From NCBI GenBank assembly GCA_018268055.1, contig JAFDXF010000019.1:8580-72579 (forward strand): a stretch of 64,000 nt of DNA, written 5' to 3'. Made by a program: the position numbers and the translations under genes. This stretch comes from Bacteroidota bacterium (GTDB lineage Bacteria; Bacteroidota; Bacteroidia; Chitinophagales; Chitinophagaceae). The notes beneath the pieces were generated by a model that was not told the DNA's origin, ran no database searches, and saw only the letters and a program-made list of their open reading frames with translations. This document shows positions 30,601 through 38,858 of the stretch, piece after piece. Each line of letters begins with the position of its first letter. The stretch's first letter is position 1.

Positions 30601-30680
30601 ATCCTGAATTTACAGGTGATAACTATGGTATCATTCCACAGTCTAAGAATATCACATTTGGATTACAAGTCCGCTTTTAA
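27669..30680 (+). CDS. susC: SusC/RagA family TonB-dependent outer-membrane transporter
   Basis: N-terminal carboxypeptidase-regulatory-like domain; plug with [50 protein letters not shown]; terminal F. Confidence 0.96.
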   Translation: [1003 protein letters not shown]

Positions 30681-30706
30681 TTCATCATTAATAAACTGAA
30701 GTAATT

Positions 30707-32218
30707 ATGAAACGAATAAATATAAAATTATTACTATTAACGGCGGGCGTTGTCTCGTTGGGCACATCCTGCAAAAAGCAACTGGATATTCCTTCCAGAA
30801 ACTCGCTTGATGCAAATGTGGCACTTACTACCAAGAGTGGTATTGAATATGCTATCAACTCAGTGTATTCTATTTTGAAAAGAGAAACGCATTATGGTCG
30901 AGACCTATTTTCCGTTACAGATGCAATGGCTGATATTGCATTTGCAAATGGTCGTTCATCAAGATTGTTGAGCGAAAATAAAAATACATCCGGCGCTAAC
31001 GTTGGTATCTGGGCAGGATCTTATGATGCTATCAATGAAATCAATCTAACATTAGATGCATATCCTGCAATCGGAGATGCTACAGCTGCAGATAAAGCAA
31101 GATGGGAAGGCGAATTAAAATTCTTACGGGCTTTTTATAATTTTGACTTAGTAAGAAATTATGCTTACATCCCAACTTATACTGTGCCAAGCCAAGATAA
31201 AGGTGGTATTGTTATCAATCTTCAAGGATTTAAAACTGCTGCTGCTGCTGCTGGATATTTTCCTTCCAGAGCTACATTAGCTGCTTCTTATGCACAAATA
31301 TGGTCAGATCTTTATGCTTCAATCAATCTACTCTCTAACTCAAATAGAGGCAGAAACTATGCAAGCAAACACGCTGCATTAGCATTGGGTTCAAGAATTG
31401 CATTGTATGAAGGAAACTGGACAAGATCCGACTCAATGGCAACTGCGGCAATTACTTTATCAGGAGGAATTGGTTCTTTGACTAATACAGCAAACTATGT
31501 AAGTGGCTGGAGAGCTGCCGATCATCCGGAAGGAATTTTCCAGGTTTGGTTTGCTACACTTGGTGAAAACCTTGGTGTGAATACATCTCTTGCTGCAACA
31601 CATACTACATTATCTGCTCCAGGTGCTTGGGCAAGTACAAGACAAGGTCAGGGTGACTTAGTGCCGAATGGTTTCCTCCTTACTCAATTGGGGATTTCAG
31701 GATTCCCTGTAGGTCTTGCACAATCACCTCCACCTCCTGCACTGACTTATAGCAGTGACATCCGTAACAAACTTTTTGAATGGGGTGTTAATGCCGGTGG
31801 TCATTATGTAGAATGTACTAAATGGATGGGTAAAAGTGGTGGACCTAATTGGGACAACACAGTTGTACTTCGTTGGGCAGAACTGTATTTGAATCGTGCA
31901 GAAGCAAGATACAGAGCGGGAGATGAGCCTGGAGCATGGGCTGATTTGAACCTCATCAGATTGGCACGTTATGTTGGATTCACAGTACCTGGAGTTCCGC
32001 TAAGTGGTCAAGCACTGTTGGATGAAATTCTGAAGCAGCGTATGTTGGAATTTGCATTTGAAGGTCAGCGTTTTTATGATTTAAAGAGAAATGGTTTAGC
32101 AATCGTAAAAACAAATCCTGCTGTAAACCTTCCTGCAACTGACTACAGAGTTTTACCAAGAATTCCACAAAGTGAAGTGGATGGTAATCCTAATATGGTT
32201 CAAAACTTTGGTTATTAA
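30707..32218 (+). CDS. susD: SusD/RagB family surface lipoprotein
   Basis: Lipobox GTSC; GELKFLRAFYNF, LRWAELYLNRAEA, RMLEFAFEGQRFYDLKR and NPNMVQN motifs. Confidence 0.95.
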   Translation: MKRINIKLLLLTAGVVSLGTSCKKQLDIPSRNSLDANVALTTKSGIEYAINSVYSILKRETHYGRDLFSVTDAMADIAFANGRSSRLLSENKNTSGANVGIWAGSYDAINEINLTLDAYPAIGDATAADKARWEGELKFLRAFYNFDLVRNYAYIPTYTVPSQDKGGIVINLQGFKTAAAAAGYFPSRATLAASYAQIWSDLYASINLLSNSNRGRNYASKHAALALGSRIALYEGNWTRSDSMATAAITLSGGIGSLTNTANYVSGWRAADHPEGIFQVWFATLGENLGVNTSLAATHTTLSAPGAWASTRQGQGDLVPNGFLLTQLGISGFPVGLAQSPPPPALTYSSDIRNKLFEWGVNAGGHYVECTKWMGKSGGPNWDNTVVLRWAELYLNRAEARYRAGDEPGAWADLNLIRLARYVGFTVPGVPLSGQALLDEILKQRMLEFAFEGQRFYDLKRNGLAIVKTNPAVNLPATDYRVLPRIPQSEVDGNPNMVQNFGY

Positions 32219-32243
32219 TTTACAAAACGCAAAATCAGAAAAG

Positions 32244-32840
32244 ATGAAGATGAAAAAACTATATATCATTGCAAGTGCCGCAGGAATGCTTTTTCTGTCG
32301 TCTTGCATCAAACAACTTGATAAAACATTTACAGGAACTACGGTAGTAGAAATAGATGCTACACCGTTGAACTCTGCTAATGCAATTGCAGGATACCCTG
32401 TATTGACACGTGTCCCTGTTGATGCAATTCCTTTAAGAACAACTGACTCTACCTTACGTCGCTGGAATGGCACCGTAAGAATAAGAGTGAATCTGGTTGG
32501 CCCTCAGAGCGGTACTGCTCAAACAGTAGGCTATAAAGTAATGGCGGTTTCTCCATTAACAAGTATTGCTTTTCCCGCTACTGCTACCGGACAAACACCT
32601 ACAGCATCAGCAGCAACGCTTACTGTAGCCAATGCAGTTGCCGGAACAGATTACACTGCTTTAAGTGGTGTATGTAATATACCTGCAAACAGTTCTTTTG
32701 GTTATATTGATGTAGCCATTAAAAATAATGGAGCAATTGCAGGTCAGTCAAGATTTATCGGTATTCAATTAGATTCTACCGGTACAATTAAGCCGAATCC
32801 GAATTACAACAAAATTGGATTGGTAATTGATCAACGTTAA
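32244..32840 (+). CDS. Small accessory surface lipoprotein of the susCD locus (Ig/Calx-beta-like, inferred)
   Basis: MKMKKLYIIASAAGMLFLSSC lipoprotein signal; beta-rich, Thr/Ala-rich; no catalytic motif recognised. Start moved to ATG 32244 (32250 also possible). Confidence 0.75.
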   Translation: MKMKKLYIIASAAGMLFLSSCIKQLDKTFTGTTVVEIDATPLNSANAIAGYPVLTRVPVDAIPLRTTDSTLRRWNGTVRIRVNLVGPQSGTAQTVGYKVMAVSPLTSIAFPATATGQTPTASAATLTVANAVAGTDYTALSGVCNIPANSSFGYIDVAIKNNGAIAGQSRFIGIQLDSTGTIKPNPNYNKIGLVIDQR

Positions 32841-32864
32841 TTGCGCATTATATTAACTTTAGAT

Positions 32865-32895
32865 AACGGCGGACAATTTTAGTCCGCCGTTTTTT
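32865..32895 (+). terminator. Intrinsic terminator closing the susC-susD-lipoprotein operon
   Basis: AACGGCGGAC ... GTCCGCCGTT followed by T run. Confidence 0.85.
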
Positions 32896-32911
32896 ATTTT
32901 TGTAATCATTT

Positions 32912-33802
32912 ATGCAATCAACTAGTCCGTTGTTTTCTATTAAAAACGGCTATCCCTTTTTAAAACATTATTTAAAAGGAGTTAGTCAAATAATGCTACA
33001 AGAAAATATTTTTACAGGAATATTATTGATAGCCGGTGTTTTTTTGGGTTCTCTCAATATGGGCTTGGCTGTTTCATTGGCTACTCTTGTTGGTAGTTAT
33101 ACTGCATACTTTTTTAATTTCAATAAAAAACAATTAGAAAAGGGCGCCTATGGTTTTAATGCCGCTTTAGTAGGAGCAGCAATGTTACTTTTTCTAAAAC
33201 CATTATGGATTACATGGATTATAGTTGTATTGGCTTCGGTTATTGCTACATTGCTGCAGCACTGCTTTATCAAATGGAAGCTTTCGGTATTTACACTACC
33301 TTTTGTTTTAGTGACTTGGGTATTTTTATTGGGTGTTCAATATTTTGATACATCATTATTGGTAGTATTGCCTCCCGATATTATTTCAGATTCCGATAAG
33401 TTTTTCTTTCCAATAAAAGGATATGGTCAGGTAATATTCCAAAGTAGTATTTTATCAGGGTTATTGTTTTTTATTGGCGTATTCATTAATAATCGTATTG
33501 CGACTCTTTATGGCCTCGTCGGTGCTTTTGTATGTGGAATGATTGCACTATGTTTCACTACACATCTTGATGAAGTTTGGAGTGGGCTGTATAGTTATAA
33601 TGCCGTTTTATGCGCCATTGTATTGGCTGGTAAAAAGATAGTTGACGCATTTTGGATATTGATATCAATATTGTTATCATTTTGTTTTTACCTAATATTA
33701 AAAAATATGGGTATCCCTATATTGACTTTTCCATTTGTCGCAGCAGTCATCATTACCATTAAAATAAAGTCAAAAGTTATGGATTTACATAACAGGGGAT
33801 AA
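32912..33802 (+). CDS. Urea transporter (UT/Yut family)
   Basis: KGVSQIMLQEN, GAYGFNAAL, FTLPF, KGYGQVIFQ, GLYSYNAVL and LTFPF: the duplicated UT signature. Confidence 0.88.
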   Translation: MQSTSPLFSIKNGYPFLKHYLKGVSQIMLQENIFTGILLIAGVFLGSLNMGLAVSLATLVGSYTAYFFNFNKKQLEKGAYGFNAALVGAAMLLFLKPLWITWIIVVLASVIATLLQHCFIKWKLSVFTLPFVLVTWVFLLGVQYFDTSLLVVLPPDIISDSDKFFFPIKGYGQVIFQSSILSGLLFFIGVFINNRIATLYGLVGAFVCGMIALCFTTHLDEVWSGLYSYNAVLCAIVLAGKKIVDAFWILISILLSFCFYLILKNMGIPILTFPFVAAVIITIKIKSKVMDLHNRG

Positions 33803-33825
33803 GGAGGAGAAACTTTGTCTATTGA

Positions 33826-35022
33826 TTATTTAACTCTTCCAGGATATTGCTCCAATGCTTTTTCCAAACAATCCATCGCTGCATTGATGGCAGTTACATT
33901 GAGTACATAAGCAAGTCTAACTTCACTTTTGCCTAATCCGGGTGTGCCATAAAATCCGGTAGCAGGTGCCAACATCACTGTTTGATTTTGATAAGAGAAG
34001 TCTTCCAGCAGCCATTGGCAAAACTTATCTGCATCATCAATAGGCAGTTTTGCTATTGCATAAAATGCTCCTCCGGGATTGGGACAAAATACACCCAGCA
34101 TTGCATTTAAGCGACTAACTAATACATCACGTCGGCTTAGATATTCAGATTTCGGTGCATCAAAATAACTGGCAGGAAGGTCAACGGCGGCTTCGCCCAT
34201 AATCTGTGCTAAGCCCGGAGGGCTTAGCCTTGCTTGTGCAAACTTCATTGCAGCATCATATACTTCTTTATTTTTTGTTACAAACGCACCAAGCCTTGCA
34301 CCGCAAGCGCTATATCGTTTACTGATTGTATCCATCAATACAGTGTTTTGATCCAAGCCTTGAAGATGCATTGCACTCACATATTCGCCATCATAGCAAA
34401 ATTCACGATATGCTTCATCACTAAATAGATAAAGATTGTGCTTTAAGCAAATTTCTTTCAATGCTTCCATTTCTGCACGACTGTATAAATAACCTGTTGG
34501 ATTATTAGGACTGCATATAATGATTGCTTTCGTTTTATTGGTAATTACTTTTTCAAAATCTGCAATCGGTGGAAGTGCAAAGCCGTTTTCTATATGTGAT
34601 GTTATCGGAACTACACTTACGCCTGCAGCACAGGCAAAGCCATTGTAGTTTGCATAAAAAGGTTCAGGAATAATTACTTCATCTCCCGGATTAAGGCAAG
34701 TGAAAAAACCAAACATAATGGCTTCGCTGCCACCCGTAGTGATGATGATTTGTTCCGGTGTTACATCTATTCCAACACTTTTGTAATACTGTACTAATTT
34801 TTTACGATAACTTTCATTGCCTGCGCTGTGGCTATATTCCAGCACTTTTATATCTGCATTGCGTACCGCATCCAATATAGCAGGCGGCGTTTCTATATCC
34901 GGCTGACCAATATTGAGGTGATAAACTTTAATTCCTTTCTTTTTTGCTGCTTCAGCATAAGGCACTAATTTCCTGATAGGTGATGCAGGCATATCTTTGC
35001 CGCGAAATGAAATTGTTAACAT
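33826..35022 (-). CDS. Class I PLP-dependent aminotransferase (aspartate aminotransferase-like)
   Basis: LNIGQPDI, TTGGSEA, SPNNPTG, DEAYREF and ISKRYSACGARLG (PLP Lys) motifs. Confidence 0.92.
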   Translation of the reverse strand: MLTISFRGKDMPASPIRKLVPYAEAAKKKGIKVYHLNIGQPDIETPPAILDAVRNADIKVLEYSHSAGNESYRKKLVQYYKSVGIDVTPEQIIITTGGSEAIMFGFFTCLNPGDEVIIPEPFYANYNGFACAAGVSVVPITSHIENGFALPPIADFEKVITNKTKAIIICSPNNPTGYLYSRAEMEALKEICLKHNLYLFSDEAYREFCYDGEYVSAMHLQGLDQNTVLMDTISKRYSACGARLGAFVTKNKEVYDAAMKFAQARLSPPGLAQIMGEAAVDLPASYFDAPKSEYLSRRDVLVSRLNAMLGVFCPNPGGAFYAIAKLPIDDADKFCQWLLEDFSYQNQTVMLAPATGFYGTPGLGKSEVRLAYVLNVTAINAAMDCLEKALEQYPGRVK

Positions 35023-35124
35023 AGCACAAAGTTATTGCTAAATGCAATTGGAAAATGTTTTGACAAATGTTTCATAAGGCGATTTGTTTTAATTAGAGCA
35101 CAGTTATTTCCTTTTCTTTGCATT

Positions 35125-36501
35125 ATGATAAATTCTTTAAACGATTTTAAAAACCCTTTTTTCATTGGTATCGCAGGTAGTGGAATGAGCGCATTGGCAC
35201 AATACCTTCAGGGCATTGGAAAAAATGTTTCCGGCAGTGATCGTTTTTTTCAACCGGATGTTTTTAATGATGTTGCTGAAAAATTGAAAGCAGAAGGTAT
35301 TCATTGCTTTATGCAAAATGGTGAAGGCATTACCAATGGAACTGATTTAATCGTAGCTTCTACAGCAGTGGAGGATTCAGTACCCGAAATGCAAAAAGCG
35401 AAACAAATGGGTATTCCGGTTTTAAGAAGATCTGAATTGCTGGCACTGATTGCAGCAAGTAAAAAAACAATTGCAGTAGGTGGTACGAGTGGTAAAAGCA
35501 CGACCAGTGCTATGTTGTTTGACATTTTGGAATATGCAGGATTACAGCCAAGCATTATCAGTGGTGCAGGGTTAATCAGCATTATCAAAACAGGCAAAAT
35601 TGGAAATGCAAAAGTTGGAACAGGTGATTGGTTGGTGATAGAAGCCGATGAAAGTGACGGCTCTATTGTTCAATACAAACCAGAAATTGGGTTGCTCATG
35701 AATATTGATAAAGATCATCAGGAGATTGACGAATTGATGCGCATTTTTGGAATTTTTAAAGATAACAGCAAGCGGTTTGTGGTGAATGAAGGTCATATTT
35801 TAGCAAAACAATTTTCGCAGAACAAACAATATGATTTCACTACAATTGAAAATACAGATGCAGGTTATGTATCCAAAAATTTTTCACAAAATGGATTTAC
35901 GATTCAGTTTACGGTGAATGATGAACTTTTTTCAATGAACGTATTAGGTCGCCATAATATGGAAAATGCATTGGCTGCTACAGCAGTAGCAAATAGCATT
36001 GGCGTAGATTTACAGACTTGCTCAGCAGCATTAAAAAATTATGAAGGAATTTATCGCCGTCATCAGGTGTTTGGAAAAAAGAATGGTGTCATCCTCATTG
36101 ATGATTATGCACACAATCCGGTGAAATGTGCAGCAGCGATTGAAGCATGTAAGCCTGTTGCTTCAAAAGTAATAGCCTGGTTTCAGCCGCATGGGTATAA
36201 ACCTACCCGTTTTTTGAGAGATGATTTTGTAAAAGAAATTGCTCACGCACTACGCCCCAATGATGAAATATGGATGAGTGAAATATTTTATGCAGGAGGC
36301 ACAGCCGTAAAAGATATTTCATCAAATGATTTGGTTGAGGATTTAAAAATAGCAGGTAAAAATGCTTTTTTTGTAGAACACAGAGAAGCGTTTTTAGAAA
36401 CTGCTCGTGCTCATTTTACGGCTGATTGCGTTCTGTTATTGATGGGTGCAAGAGATCCATCTTTAGAAGGTTTTGCTCAATCCGTTTGGGCGGCACTTTA
36501 A
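35125..36501 (+). CDS. Mur ligase family protein, MurC/Mpl-like paralog outside the dcw cluster
   Basis: FIGIAGSGMSALA Rossmann motif; GTSGKSTT P-loop; EADESDGS; GRHNMEN; DDYAHNP; FQPHG. Start moved to ATG 35125. Confidence 0.85.
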   Translation: MINSLNDFKNPFFIGIAGSGMSALAQYLQGIGKNVSGSDRFFQPDVFNDVAEKLKAEGIHCFMQNGEGITNGTDLIVASTAVEDSVPEMQKAKQMGIPVLRRSELLALIAASKKTIAVGGTSGKSTTSAMLFDILEYAGLQPSIISGAGLISIIKTGKIGNAKVGTGDWLVIEADESDGSIVQYKPEIGLLMNIDKDHQEIDELMRIFGIFKDNSKRFVVNEGHILAKQFSQNKQYDFTTIENTDAGYVSKNFSQNGFTIQFTVNDELFSMNVLGRHNMENALAATAVANSIGVDLQTCSAALKNYEGIYRRHQVFGKKNGVILIDDYAHNPVKCAAAIEACKPVASKVIAWFQPHGYKPTRFLRDDFVKEIAHALRPNDEIWMSEIFYAGGTAVKDISSNDLVEDLKIAGKNAFFVEHREAFLETARAHFTADCVLLLMGARDPSLEGFAQSVWAAL

Positions 36502-36545
36502 TTATTAGAGCAAATAATGTAACTTCACTACATATATTTTTTATT

Positions 36546-37025
36546 ATGCTTACAGAAAGAGAAAATAAGTTTTTAGAAAGAGCAATTGAATTGTCACGAG
36601 AAGGAATGAAAGGTGGTAAAGGCGGCCCGTTTGGTTGTGTCATTGTGCAGGGCGATGAAATAGTGGGTGAAGGATGCAATCAAGTAACATCTAGTAACGA
36701 TCCTACTGCACACGCTGAAGTAGTAGCTATCAGAGATGCTTGCAAAAAATTAAAGACCTATCAATTAGAGGGTTGCGAAGTCTATACGAGTTGCGAACCT
36801 TGCCCTATGTGCCTTGGCGCTATTTATTGGGCAAGGCCAAAGCGAGTTGTTTATGCCAATACAAAAGATGATGCAGCGTCTATACAGTTTGATGATGATT
36901 TTATTTATAAAGAGATTGCCGCACCTATGAATGACCGAAAAATTTCTTTTGTACATGCCCCCCATCCAAAAGCACAAAAAGTATTTCAGGATTGGAAAGA
37001 GTGGGAAGGAAAAACTGAATATTAA
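36546..37025 (+). CDS. Nucleoside/guanine deaminase (cytidine deaminase-like fold)
   Basis: GGPFG, NDPTAHAEV and TSCEPCPMCLGAIYWAR motifs. Start moved to ATG 36546. Confidence 0.9.
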   Translation: MLTERENKFLERAIELSREGMKGGKGGPFGCVIVQGDEIVGEGCNQVTSSNDPTAHAEVVAIRDACKKLKTYQLEGCEVYTSCEPCPMCLGAIYWARPKRVVYANTKDDAASIQFDDDFIYKEIAAPMNDRKISFVHAPHPKAQKVFQDWKEWEGKTEY

Positions 37026-37388
37026 TTATTTATTCATCAACCGATGAATAACAAAATAAGAGAGCACAATCAAAAGAATAAGTATCAAAACGGATATAAG
37101 TATCCATGGCTGATGGTTGATTTTCAACTTTGCTTTGCGTTTTTCCTTTTGTTCAGTTTTTTTCTTTAAATCACGATTCAGCATTTCCACCATGAACTGA
37201 ATTTGCTGCTTATCTTTTATGGCAGCAAGTCCCTCTAAGGCCTCGTCATCAAAATTATCTTGCAACAGATGTTTTTCAACCTCATGCTTTTTTTCTTCAG
37301 ATAATTTCCCTTTCAGATAAAGCAATAATGTTTCCTGATCAATATCATTTGATAAATTGGATAATATGTCTTTTAAGTTTTCTGACAT
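37026..37388 (-). CDS. Probable anti-sigma factor (small, single C-terminal TM)
   Basis: Overlaps the ECF stop codon; N-terminal LLLYLKGKLSEEKKHEVEKHL..D.F..EALEGL typical of anti-sigma domains; C-terminal TM. Confidence 0.65.
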   Translation of the reverse strand: MSENLKDILSNLSNDIDQETLLLYLKGKLSEEKKHEVEKHLLQDNFDDEALEGLAAIKDKQQIQFMVEMLNRDLKKKTEQKEKRKAKLKINHQPWILISVLILILLIVLSYFVIHRLMNK

Positions 37389-37966
37389 TAGCTTTTCATT
37401 TCACTTAGTTTTCTTTCAATCATTATTTTTAAATTTCTTTTTCCGTTTTGAATATGACTCTTCACTTGTAATAGTGTAAAGCCTGTATCATCACTTATCT
37501 GTTGATAGCTCTTTTTTTGCAGGTAAAACAAAGTTACACATTGCTGTTGCTCCTTGCTAAGCTCATTTAAAGCAATTTGCATTAAATCATATACTTTTTC
37601 ATTTTGTATTAAGGAAGAAAACTCGGTAACTTCTATCGGCTGAGTATCAGCGTGACGTTCTGTTATCTCTGTAAATGCTTTCCCTTGTTTATCTCTTATA
37701 CGCATCAGACAATGATTTTTTGCAATCATATACAGCCATGATTTAAAATACTCAACTTTATATTTATGCAGCTCCTGAATTACTTTTAAAAAAACCTGTT
37801 GTACACTATCTTTTGCTTCTTCTTCATTTTTTAAATATTTCATACACACACCCAGCAAGAGCAAGGTATATCGTTGCAATAAAATACCTAACCACTCATT
37901 ATTGCGGTCGGAATAAAACTGTTCCAGCAGTTCTTTATCGGTTATATGCTGATACTTGTCAGACAT
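37388..37966 (-). CDS. ECF RNA polymerase sigma-70 factor
   Basis: Region 2 EEEAKDSVQQVFLKV and FKSWLYMIAKNHCL; region 4 QQQCVTLFY..KSYQQIS...VKSHIQNGKRNL. Confidence 0.93.
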   Translation of the reverse strand: MSDKYQHITDKELLEQFYSDRNNEWLGILLQRYTLLLLGVCMKYLKNEEEAKDSVQQVFLKVIQELHKYKVEYFKSWLYMIAKNHCLMRIRDKQGKAFTEITERHADTQPIEVTEFSSLIQNEKVYDLMQIALNELSKEQQQCVTLFYLQKKSYQQISDDTGFTLLQVKSHIQNGKRNLKIMIERKLSEMKS

Positions 37967-38066
37967 TCGGTTTGAAAATAGCGAAATATTTAGTAATGAG
38001 ATGCAAACATTCCTGAATTCAATAAAATGGTAACAGTATTTTTTTTATTTTGGCAAAAAATTAAAA

Positions 38067-38834
38067 ATGGATTATGCTGTGGTAACAGTAGCCGCTGCTC
38101 CGATTCGAATAAAGGCAGATCATCGTTCAGAAATGGTCAATCAGTTATTGTTTGGTGAAACAGTTAAAATTTTAGATCAAAAAAAAGATAACTGGATTAA
38201 AATTCAAAGCTTGCACGATGGGTATGAAGGCTGGTCGCAGTTTCTTATGTTTAAAAACATTACTAAAAAGATTGCATTTGTAAAGCCTCAATATGTAGTG
38301 CATGATTTATTTGAGAAATTGCATTATAAAGAAAACATTGTTTATGCCCCTGCTGGATCCTTATTGCCAAATTTTAAAAATGATAAAGGGCAATTAGCAG
38401 ATGAAGAATATATTTTCAAAGGGAGAACTACACCTATAGCGAAGAAAAATGTATCAATTAAGTTATTACATAATCTGACATTGCCATGGTTGAATGTTCC
38501 TTATCTCTGGGGCGGACGCACAGCACTTGGCATTGATTGTAGTGGCTTTGCACAAATTATATTTCGGCAAATAGGTGTTTGGCTGCCTCGTGATGCTTGG
38601 CAACAAGCTTTGAAAGGGAAGGCCATTAAAGATTTTAGTAAAATTAAATATGGAGATTTGGCATTCTTTGGCAAAAATGAAAAGATTACACACGTAGGTA
38701 TTATTTTAGAAGATAATAAAATTATTCATGCTTCCGGAAAAGTGAGGTTGGATACATTAACTGCTGAGGGAATAAGTGATAGCGGAACAGGAAAAATAAT
38801 GTCCAAGTTGATTTCGGTGCGAAGGATGATATAA
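38067..38834 (+). CDS. C40 (NlpC/P60) peptidase with N-terminal SH3b domain, no signal peptide
   Basis: EMVNQLLFGE SH3b; PYLWGGRT, GIDCSG catalytic Cys, LPRDAWQQ, HVGI and IIHASG motifs. Confidence 0.92.
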   Translation: MDYAVVTVAAAPIRIKADHRSEMVNQLLFGETVKILDQKKDNWIKIQSLHDGYEGWSQFLMFKNITKKIAFVKPQYVVHDLFEKLHYKENIVYAPAGSLLPNFKNDKGQLADEEYIFKGRTTPIAKKNVSIKLLHNLTLPWLNVPYLWGGRTALGIDCSGFAQIIFRQIGVWLPRDAWQQALKGKAIKDFSKIKYGDLAFFGKNEKITHVGIILEDNKIIHASGKVRLDTLTAEGISDSGTGKIMSKLISVRRMI

Positions 38835-38858
38835 AAATAATAAGATATTGTGTTGAAA

